20,666 nucleotides of DNA from Paramoeba atlantica (Eukaryota > Protista > Discosea): the NCBI GenBank assembly GCA_977017575.1, contig CDRNVI010000115.1, positions 1 through 20,666 on the forward strand. The letters are read 5' to 3'. Under the pieces are notes generated by a model. The model worked only from the letters and a program-made list of their open reading frames with translations, was not told the origin of the DNA and made no database searches. The first letter of the stretch is position 1; each line of letters begins with the position of its first letter. A program made the position numbers and the translations under genes. Below, in pieces: positions 1 to 9,694 of this stretch.

Positions 1-592
1 GTTTCAATTCCAGCGTATAGTAGGAATGGGTAGTTTGATAGATAATAGTGTCAAAATTGAGATGTTCCATAATATCAATTTCTCCGTTTCTGGGATAGGC
101 ACCATATTTATTTTGTTCAGCCAACATCCAAATGGCAGGCCAAGCACCTTGCGCATTCTCCAACTTGGCCCTAATCTCTATCCTGCCGTACTGAAAAGCA
201 AATTTGCGTTTACTGTATATCCCTCCAGTTAAATAAGGTCTTGGGTCCTGCAAGGTATCTGGATTGACGATACCTTTTAGATAAAGTTGTCCATCAAGTA
301 TGGAATAGCAACGATTATCACTGGTCATGTGTTTGCCCCAATCTGCATTATTTGGAGGAATCCGGGTCCATTTGGAAAGGTCAAGCACATCACTTTCAAA
401 GTCATCTTGCCAAACAATTTTCCAATCTTTTTTCTCTCTTCCTTGTTTTTGAAGGTATATTTTGGAATCGATTATTTGCGTGGGTACTCCTTTACATCCT
501 ACGAAAAAGACAAACATTATTATGGACCAATATGGTCTTACTAAGAAACAGGTGTTTGAAATACTTGCTCCATAGTGCCTTTTTGTGGTCAT
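1..592 (-). CDS. Glycoside hydrolase family 16 lipoprotein (laminarinase-like), 3'-partial; absent from the supplied ORF track
   Basis: Manual translation: MMTTKRHYGASISNTCFLVRPYWSIIMFVFFVGCKGVP...WKIVWQDDFE...YLTGGIYSKRKFAFQYGRIEIRAKLENAQGAWPAIWML...YPRNGEIDIMEHLN. It has the EIDIME catalytic motif, the WPAIWML motif and a lipobox-like FVGC. The frame is open to the window edge. Alternative ATGs at 595 and 607. Confidence 0.9.
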   Translation of the reverse strand, partial: MTTKRHYGASISNTCFLVRPYWSIIMFVFFVGCKGVPTQIIDSKIYLQKQGREKKDWKIVWQDDFESDVLDLSKWTRIPPNNADWGKHMTSDNRCYSILDGQLYLKGIVNPDTLQDPRPYLTGGIYSKRKFAFQYGRIEIRAKLENAQGAWPAIWMLAEQNKYGAYPRNGEIDIMEHLNFDTIIYQTTHSYYTLELK

Positions 593-624
593 CATTTCAG
601 CTATCATCTTTCACTTTAATAGTA

Positions 625-1488
625 TCAAACATCACAGCGTAAAAAACCATCCTTGAGTGCCTTTATTTTGTCACTCCAAGTCGGAATGAATTCCTGGGCC
701 ACATGACCGGCATAGCCCGTATCCAAAATGGCTTTCATTATGGCAGGGTAATAAAGTTCTTGGGTGTTATCAATTTCATGTCTTCCTGGAACACCTGCGG
801 TATGGTAATGGCCAAAATAGGGGTGATAGTTTTGAATACTCCTTATAATATCCCCTTCTTGGATTTGCATATGGTATATGTCATACAACAATTTAAAATT
901 GTCGCTCCCTAAATGTTTGCATAACTCCACCCCCCAAATAGAACTGTCGCACATATAGTCTGGATGGTTCACTTGATTGAACAATTCCATTTGAATTACC
1001 ACTCCGTGTTTTTCTGCCAAAGGCATTATTTGGGAAAGTCCGTCAACACAATTTTGCAAACCCACGTAGTCGTTCATACCGTTTCGGTTACCACTGAAGC
1101 AGATAAGGTTGGTATAGCCCGCCTCAGCTACCTTGGGAATTATTTCGGTGTAATTCTTAATTAGAACTGCGTGGTTTTTAGGGTCGTTCCAGCCTTCTTC
1201 CAAACTAATTTCCGCCCCGTTGCACATAGAGCAAAATATGTCATATTTTTTGAGCAATGGCCAATCTTTGGGACCAATGAGGTCTATGGCCTTTACGCCC
1301 AATTCGTTTAGGGTTTTAAGAAAATCTTCCAAAGGAATATCACCAAAACACCAATGACATACACTGTGGTTGATATTGTTTTTAAGTTTAAAATCTTTGG
1401 TGGCATTCATTTGTTGTGCATTAACTTGGGTAGTTGCAATACCGGCAGCGCCAATGGCAGTAGTTGCAATAAAATTTCTTCGTTTCAT
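625..1488 (-). CDS. Hydroxypyruvate isomerase (Hyi)-like / xylose-isomerase-like TIM-barrel protein with twin-arginine signal
   Basis: Motifs NHSVCHWCF, LICFSGNR, MELFN, KLLYDIYHMQIQEGD, GHYHTAGVPGRHE, GHVAQEFIP. Start placed at MKRRNFIATTAIGAAG (Tat-like, ATG at 1488) because the longer start at 1590 overlaps the divergent gene. Confidence 0.85.
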   Translation of the reverse strand: MKRRNFIATTAIGAAGIATTQVNAQQMNATKDFKLKNNINHSVCHWCFGDIPLEDFLKTLNELGVKAIDLIGPKDWPLLKKYDIFCSMCNGAEISLEEGWNDPKNHAVLIKNYTEIIPKVAEAGYTNLICFSGNRNGMNDYVGLQNCVDGLSQIMPLAEKHGVVIQMELFNQVNHPDYMCDSSIWGVELCKHLGSDNFKLLYDIYHMQIQEGDIIRSIQNYHPYFGHYHTAGVPGRHEIDNTQELYYPAIMKAILDTGYAGHVAQEFIPTWSDKIKALKDGFLRCDV

Positions 1489-1532
1489 GTTGGGCTGATT
1501 ATTGAGGTTAAGATAGTACTTTAGGGATAGAT

Positions 1533-2618
<1,086 letters not shown>

Positions 2619-2666
2619 TTCTATTTATTTCTTAATAAATCAACTTTTTTTCTCTTTTCTTTCTTT

Positions 2667-3858
2667 TTATATTATAGAAGATAAATACACTTTTCTAACA
2701 TAACTCATTTTTACACCACAAACACCATACCGCATAATTAAAATAAACTGATTATAACTTAAAGGAGAATTTATATTACTTGGTGAAATAGCACCAAATT
2801 GTTTAATAAACTTTTTATTTCTTAACTTTTTTTTATATCTCCCTGCATAACCTATTTTAAAACCTATAATACCTCTTTCATTTTTTAATTTATTATGTAA
2901 TAAATAAGCATAATGCTCTATTTTATAACCTACACGCAATCTTCATAAAATTAGCTTATATAAAGAATAAGTAGAATAATTTACTTCTTTTTTATCTATA
3001 AAATTAATTATAGGATTATTAACTTTAAAAATTTTTTTTATAAAAAACGATAAAAAATTTTTTAATATAAAAATAAATTTTTTATCTAAAGTTAAATAAT
3101 TAGTATTTTTAATATATTTTAATCTATTTAATCAACGATTAGTTGGAATTCTTAATAAATTAAATCATTTATATTTAAAAATAAAATTGTTTAATCTTTT
3201 ATTATTTTTATAAATATAAATATTTTTATATTTATAAAAATATTTAAAATTATTAAAATTATTTATTGATTTTTTTTTTCATATATTTTTAAATATTTTC
3301 TTTCTATAAAACCCTCTACAAGACTTATTATAAAATAAATAATATTTATTATTATGCATGTCTCAAAAAAAATAATTAAATCAAACATATTTTTTATTTT
3401 TATAAAAATTTTTTCTTTTACTATAAAAAAATTTACGTAAAAAATTTAATATATATTTTTTTTTTTTTTTTTCTTTTAAAAAATTATATTTTTTTTTTTC
3501 TTTTTGACTGTTTATACTTTAAAAAAGATTTAAAATATATATTTTTTTGACTGATTATAATATTTTTTTAATTTATATTTTTTTGACTTAATATCATTAA
3601 TTAAAAATTTATTATCATCATTTAATAAATTTAAATTTATTATCATCATTTTATATGTTTTAATTATATTTAACGGTAATATTTCTAAATTTAACTTGTT
3701 TCAATTAATTATAACTTTAATTCAATTATAAAATTTAATAATATTATAATCTTCTAAAAAAAATAATTTATAATTTTTTTTGTAATATTATTTCAAGACG
3801 AAATTCAATATTTACTTTTTGATAATCTATATGTTATTGGATTAACTAAATGTCCCAT
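2667..3858 (-). CDS. rps3: Mitochondrial ribosomal protein S3, with apparent frameshifts
   Basis: N-terminus MGHLVNPITYRLSKSKYWISSW (TGA=W); C-terminus GIIGFKIGYAGR...YGVCGVKMSYV. One frame is open from about 3518 to 2667 under code 4. The 5' part needs shifts at A/T runs (about 3774-3780 and within 3520-3650). Confidence 0.85.
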
Positions 3859-3860
3859 AA

Positions 3861-4139
3861 TTATTTTTTCTTTTTCTTTATACGTTTCTTTTTCTTTTTA
3901 TCTTTTATTAATATATTTTTTGAAAAAAAAAAATAATTAATCATATAATTAACCATACTATCTATAATTTTAATTGGAATAAAATAACGACCATTATATA
4001 CAGTTAATCTTTTATTAATCATATAATTTTTTATTTTAAAACCTTTTACTTTTAACTTTAATCAAATAAATTTATCTATTTTTGAAAAATTTAAAAAATA
4101 AATAATATTTTTAATATTTTTAATATTATTTAAATTCAT
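3861..4139 (-). CDS. rps19: Mitochondrial ribosomal protein S19
   Basis: Intact 93 codons under code 4: ...FIWLKLKVKGFKIKNYMINKRLTVYNGRYFIPIKIIDSMVNY.... VYNG motif; syntenic between rpl2 and rps3. Confidence 0.85.
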
Positions 4140-4872
4140 TTTTTTTTTTTTTTCTTAGTTGTAGGTACAAATTTTAATACACGTCTTGTAAAATTTGGAC
4201 AATCGACTCATGGAGAAGTTTTACCTCTACCACCACCATTAGGGTGATCTACACAATTTTTTGCTACACCTCTAACTGTTGATTTTTTTACCTAATCTTA
4301 TATTAACCACCCGCTTTACCTTTTTTTATTAAATTATGCCCTCTATTTGATACAATACCTATCATAGCTTTATTATATTTAAAAATTAATTTTTCTAAAC
4401 CAGAAGGAAATCTTATTAAATAATAATTTTCATTTATTTGTGATATTAATAAACAAAAAGAACCTGCAGATCTAGCTACTTTACTTCCTTTTTTTTTTTT
4501 TAATTCCATACAAGATATAAAAGAACCAAATTTTATATTTACTAAAGGATATGTAGAACCAACAATTTTATCTACTGAATTTAAAACCATACCTTCTTTC
4601 AAACCTTCGGCTGCTAAAATATAAGATAAAAATCCATTTTTATAACATATTAAAGCTATATTTGCAGATCTATTAGGATCATACTCAATTCTTAATACCA
4701 TTGCAGGTATATCAACGTAAGTTCTAAAAAAATCAATTAATCTATATTTCTTTTTAACTCTAGTTCCCTTTGATTTAACTGTTTTATGACCCATATTATT
4801 AACTCCTGCATAATTTTTTAAACCAAATGTTAAATATTTTATTGTTTTTGACTGTTTTTTCCTTTTTAACAT
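4130..4872 (-). CDS. rpl2: Mitochondrial ribosomal protein L2, with two apparent +1 indels near 4283-4308
   Basis: YRLIDF, RIEYDPNRSANIAL, ARSAG, GKAG. After removing one G (4307-4308) and one A (run 4283-4289) it continues [33 protein letters not shown]. Confidence 0.93.
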
Positions 4873-5293
4873 ATATTATTTTTTTCTTTTAATCTAATAT
4901 TAGTATAATTTGCTTCTATTAATCTATACATATCATTTTTTTTTTTTATAGATAAACCTTTATTATTATATACATCTATTAATTCATTTTGAATACGTTC
5001 TTGAAATTTTCGCTCAGTTCTAGAATTAATAGATCTAACTATTAATTTAACAGAATATGGTATAGAATCTTTTGATTTTAAATATGTGGTATTAATAATT
5101 TTTTACCTCCTACTTTTTTTAATATAACAAAACATTCTAATGAATATATTAGTTTCTATTTGTTTAAAAAAAGTATTTAAACAACCATATATTTTTTTTA
5201 TATTAATAAAAATTTTCTCTAAACTTAATATATTCGTTGTTTTTTTCCTTTTCTTATTAATAATTGTATTAAATATTTTATTCAATTATTCAT
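4866..5293 (-). CDS. rps7: Mitochondrial ribosomal protein S7, with about three apparent 1-nt indels
   Basis: MNNWIKYLIQLLIRKGKK..., LECFVILKKVGGKKLLIP and ERKFQERIQNELIDVYNNKGLSIKKKNDMYRLIEAN are S7 motifs spread over two frames. Syntenic between rps12 and rpl2. Confidence 0.8.
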
Positions 5294-5296
5294 CTT

Positions 5297-5695
5297 TTAA
5301 AATCTTTCCTTCCTTCTTTTTTTTTTCAAACCATATTTAGAACGACTTTTATTTCGTTCTTCACGTTCTCAATTACTAAAATCATATTTTCCTTTTATCA
5401 ATTTATAACGTACACCTGGAATATCTCTAGCACGTCCTCCTCTAATCATAACAACTGAATATTTTTGTAAATTATGACCTTGACCTGGTATAACTGCTAT
5501 TAATTTTTTACCTGTTGATAACCTTATTTTTGCTACTTTTCTTTTAGCGGAATTTGGTTTCTTTGGACTAACACTATTTCTAATTTCAATACAAACACCT
5601 CTTTTTTGTGGACAAGAATCTAACAAAAGAACTTTTGTACGTCTTTTTTTTTTTACTCTGCCTTTATTTCTTATTAATTGATTTAACGAAGCCAT
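5297..5695 (-). CDS. rps12: Mitochondrial ribosomal protein S12
   Basis: [31 protein letters not shown]. Reading the TGA at 5369 as Trp extends it to the conserved KSRSKYG; 133 codons. Confidence 0.97.
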
Positions 5696-6063
5696 AATTT
5701 ATATTTAAATATTATTAACGTATTAATAATTTTTTTTTCATAATTGAATTTCATTAATTCATTAAATAAATAATACTTTTTATTTAAATTTAATAACAAA
5801 CTATTATTTATTTGTTCTAAAGTTCCTTTACTATATAATTTATTTTTATATCATAAAAATAATAATTCATCATTATTTAAAAGATTAGTAAAATAATCTT
5901 TAAAATATTTCTTATTAATAATTAGAAAATATTTAATATTAACAAAAATTTTATATAATAAATTAATATTAGATAAATTCATTATGTTTAAATAAATTTG
6001 TTCAAAATTATTAAACGATTTATATTGATTTACATAAAAAAAAGCTATAATATTATTATTCAT
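5683..6063 (-). CDS. 127-codon ORF, candidate divergent ribosomal protein L10
   Basis: Open under code 4 (TGA at 5851 = W). Starts 7 nt after the rpl11 stop and overlaps the rps12 start. The position matches the bacterial rpl11-rpl1-rpl10...rps12 order. Sequence similarity is weak. Confidence 0.4.
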
Positions 6064-6069
6064 ATTTTT

Positions 6070-6525
6070 TTATATAATTTTATTAATTTGTAAATTTGAT
6101 ATAGAAAAAAAACTATTTTTAAATCGCAATTTTATTCAATTTTGATTTAAATTATTATATAATTTAAATCAATAATAATTACGCAATATAACAATATCAT
6201 ATAGACTTCTTAATGTAATTGAATTTTCCATAATATTTTTATTAGTTAAACTCATAATATTTCAAACCAATTTTAATAAAGTACTAAAAGAAGGTCCTTT
6301 TATTAAAAAAACAAATGATTTATCAGTATATAAAAATAATCTAACATATATTAATAAATCTTCCGATCTATATATAAAAGTTTGTTTATTAAATTCATTA
6401 CAAAATTCTTTGATTTTCTCTCTATTCATATAAGGACTTAAATTAGGTCCTATATTTAAATTTTCAAAAGCGGCACCTCTAGAATTAATTCTTAAATTAA
6501 AAAATCGATTTAATTTTTTTTGCAT
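6070..6525 (-). CDS. rpl11: Mitochondrial ribosomal protein L11
   Basis: IGPNLSP, EFCNEFNKQT, FVFLIKGPSFSTLL. Extends through TGA=W to TAA at 6070; 152 codons. Confidence 0.85.
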
Positions 6526-6558
6526 ATATATAATATTTAATATTATATTAATATTTGA

Positions 6559-7743
6559 TTAACGATCAACCTCCCCAAAAACTATATCTAAAGTACCTAT
6601 AATAGTAACAACGTCGGCTATCATATGTCCTTTTGATAATGTATCTAATAATTGTAAATGATTAAACCCTGGTGCTTTTATCTTACATCTTACCGGTCTA
6701 TTTAATCCTCCCGAAACTAAAAAAACACCAAATTCCCCTTTAGGAGCTTCTATAGATCTATAAACATCATTAAAAGGTATATTAACACCTTCTGTAAATA
6801 ATTTAAAATGATGTATTAAAGATTCCATAGAAAACTTCATTAATGATCTTGAAGGTATAGTTAATTTATTATTGTAATTTGAAATAGGACCTTCTTTTAA
6901 ATTATTTAAAAGTTGTAAAATTATTTTTAAACTCTCATGCATTTCTTTTAATCTAATTAAAAATCTATCAAAACAATCACCTTTATTTCCTATATAAGAT
7001 TTAAAATCAACTTCATTATATAATTCATAAGGTTCACTTTTTCTAATATCTCAAGGAATACCAGATCCTCTTAAAATAACTCCACTACAACCTCAAGTTT
7101 GTGCTTGATTATAATCTAATATACCTACATCAACTAAACGTTGCTTTCATATTCTATTTCTATTTAATAATTCTTCCATTTCCATTAAAGAGTTAATAAA
7201 ATTTTGTGTAAATTTATATAAATCATCACAAAAAGACATAGGTATATCTTGACTAATACCTCCTGGTCTTATATATGCTGCATGCATTCTAGCACCTGAT
7301 ACCCTTTCGTAAAATTCCATTAATTTTTCACGTTCTTCAAAAAGTCATAAAAAAGGTGTCATCGCTCCAACATCTAACGCATGTGTAGTTAACCCTAAAA
7401 TATGATTTAATATTCTAGTTATTTCACCAAAAATCATACGTATCATCTTTGCTCTTATAGGTACATTAGTAGAACTTAAAGTTTCTACAGCTAATGAATA
7501 ACAATGTTCTTGAGCCATCATAGATACATAATCTAATCTATCAAAATAAGGTAAAGCTTGTATAAAAGTCTTATATTCTATTAATTTTTCAGTACCTCTA
7601 TGTAATAATCCTATATGAGGATCAGCTCTTTCTATAATTTCACCATTTAATTCTAATATTAATCTTAAAACTCCATGAGCTGCTGGATGCTGTGGTCCAA
7701 AATTAATTGTAAAAGTTTTTATTTTTTTAAATATTTTATTCAC
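6559..7743 (-). CDS. nad7: NADH dehydrogenase subunit 7
   Basis: A single intact frame of 395 codons that joins two track ORFs. [51 protein letters not shown] falls at conserved Trp sites (PFLW, IWKQR, GIPWD). Confidence 0.99.
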
Positions 7744-7747
7744 GTTT

Positions 7748-8337
7748 TTAAAGTATATATTTTTTATTTAATAAAGGATTAGTAAAACTATATGATCTCA
7801 TATTTTGCATTAATTCAATAGGCTCATAAATCAAATATTGTTTATCTTCATCATACCTTATTTCTAAATAACCATTTAAAGGAAAATCTTTACGAAACGG
7901 ATAACCTTCAAAACCATAATCGGTTAATATACGTCTTAAATCTTTATGACCCATGAAAAAAATACCATACATATCTCAAACTTCACGTTCTAACCAATCG
8001 GCACCTAAATAAATATCAGTAATAGATCTTATAACATCTAATTTATCACAAGATACAGAAATAATTAATCTAGAATTATAATCTATACTTAATAAATTAT
8101 AATCAATTTCAAAACGTTTAGCTCTATCAATAAAATCACTACAGCAAATATCAGTTATTACCTTATATCTTAAAAAAGTATGCTTATTAAAAATATTTAA
8201 AACAAAACCTAAATAATCTTTTGATACTAATTTAATTTTAATAAATTCATCTGTTATTTTTATATGCGAAATATATTTAATTAGTAAATTTAATATATAA
8301 TTTACAGCATAATTATTACTATTTTTTTTAATAACAT
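7748..8337 (-). CDS. nad9: NADH dehydrogenase subunit 9
   Basis: [47 protein letters not shown]. The ATG at 8337 joins the main frame only if the A-run at 8322-8329 has one extra base; otherwise the start is non-ATG. Confidence 0.95.
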
Positions 8338-8349
8338 ATTTTTTTTTAT

Positions 8350-8673
8350 TTATAATATATATAATTTATATTTTTTAATATTACTAATTTTATATTTTAA
8401 AAATAGATTAAAAGGTGAAGTAACAAAATATAATTGATTTAATCGTATATTTTTATACCTATAATATAATAAAAAACTTTCCATATTTAAATATTGTTTT
8501 TTATTAAAATTTATAATTAATCCTTTAATATTACGTATATATACATTCTTATATAATCAATAAAAATACTTTAATTCAATAGATATATTATTATTTAATT
8601 TTTTTTTATATTCTATAGATAATAAACTTAAAAAAGAATTATCTAAATAATTTATAATTTTTTTCTTTTTCAT
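8350..8673 (-). CDS. 108-codon ORF, candidate divergent ribosomal protein S8
   Basis: Intact under code 4 and begins 3 nt after the rps11 stop. ISIELKYF...IRNIK...KKQY and LYFVTS align by eye with S8 LELTLKYF...VESIQ...LRIY and IAVVST. Confidence 0.5.
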
Positions 8674-8676
8674 TTA

Positions 8677-9258
8677 TTATTTTCTTCTTCTCTTTTTCTT
8701 TCTTATACCATTATGAGCTTTTGATTTTATAAAATTAATAAATTTTAAATTATAAGGTGTAGTCTCAAATAATTCTTTTAAATTTCTCAAAATTTTACGA
8801 GTATAATATTTATAAATTATATTTAATATGAATCATTTTTTCATATATAAATATTTAAAATCAATTTTTGAAGCTACAATTAATGAATTTAAAGCAAAAT
8901 ATGTTTTTTTTAATGATTTTTTATAATAAAAACCACATGAAAAATTTTTTATTACATTACCATTAATATGCGAAAAATTTAAATAAGTATTTTTTCTAAA
9001 TTTTAATATTAAATTAATAGTACAAAATTTCAAAGATAACCAATCTAATTTTGAACCCTTTAAAAAATTTTTTAGTATATTAATAAATAAATATCTTTTT
9101 TTAAAAAAAGATAATTTTGCTGCATATATATACTTGCTTTTTAATTTTATATTAAACCTTTTTTTATATAATCAAGTAACTGAAGGTAATTTAAATCTAT
9201 TAATTTTTATTAATTTAATTTTTCTATTTTTTATTAAACTTTCTTTTTTTTCAAACAT
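8677..9258 (-). CDS. rps11: Mitochondrial ribosomal protein S11 with basic N-terminal extension
   Basis: KNTYLNFSHINGNVIKNFSCG, SLKKTYFA, C-terminal TPYN...AHNGIRKKKRRRK. The frame is open from ATG 9258. An in-frame ATG at 9348 is separated from it by one TAA in a homopolymer-rich stretch. Confidence 0.8.
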
Positions 9259-9375
9259 ATTTGTATTATTTCTTTCCTTAATTTTTCTATTTTTTTAAAC
9301 TTTTTCTATTTTTTTAATTTTCTTTCTTTTTCTTTTTAATGATTCCATATATAATTAAATTTAATATAAGTTTTA

Positions 9376-9448
9376 TGTGGAGAATTGGGTTTGAACCAAT
9401 GACCTAAAGCTTTTCAGGCTTTCGCTCTACCTACTGAGCTACCCCCAA
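9376..9448 (-). tRNA. trnF: tRNA-Phe(GAA)
   Basis: Cloverleaf; anticodon stem AAAGC/GCTTT; acceptor TTGGGGG/TCTCCAC with U1xC72 mismatch. Confidence 0.95.
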
Positions 9449-9481
9449 AAACTTTTTTTAATTACAAATTATTTTTTTATA

Positions 9482-9570
9482 AGGTAAGTATGGGATTCGA
9501 ACCCATGATATTATATGAATAATATATCGATTTAGCAGATCGACACCTTCAACCACTCGGTCAACTCACC
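9482..9570 (-). tRNA. trnS: tRNA-Ser(GCU), long variable arm
   Basis: Stem TCGAT/ATCGA, loop CTGCTAA; acceptor fully paired. Confidence 0.95.
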
Positions 9571-9579
9571 TAAAATATG

Positions 9580-9690
9580 ATTTGTATTAATATAAATTAT
9601 ACACTCTTATAAAAAATTTTTACGAGAATATAATTTAATATATAATATTTTAAAGGGGTTCGATAAGCTTACCTTTAAAAAAATATAAAT
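9580..9690 (-). ncRNA. Candidate divergent mitochondrial 5S rRNA
   Basis: 111 nt between rns and trnS. Terminal helix (9 bp, 1 mismatch), a 9-bp hairpin whose loop ends in CGAAC like 5S loop C, and a second 9-bp hairpin with an internal mismatch. AT-richness makes chance pairing possible. Confidence 0.45.
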
Positions 9691-9694
9691 TTAT

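Noticed and set aside
26-1164. Plus-strand track ORFs 26..232, 287..544, 352..642, 703..912 and 964..1164
   Set aside because: They are shadow ORFs antisense to the GH16 and Hyi-like genes and have no recognisable motifs.
5103-5340. Track ORFs 5103..5285 (-) and 5140..5340 (+) as separate genes
   Set aside because: The first is a frameshifted piece of rps7; the second is an AT-rich antisense shadow.
8350-8673. rps10 as the identity of the 108-codon ORF (VTSPF resembling LRSPH)
   Set aside because: It lacks the KSREQF/E motif; LKYF and the downstream spacing fit S8 better.
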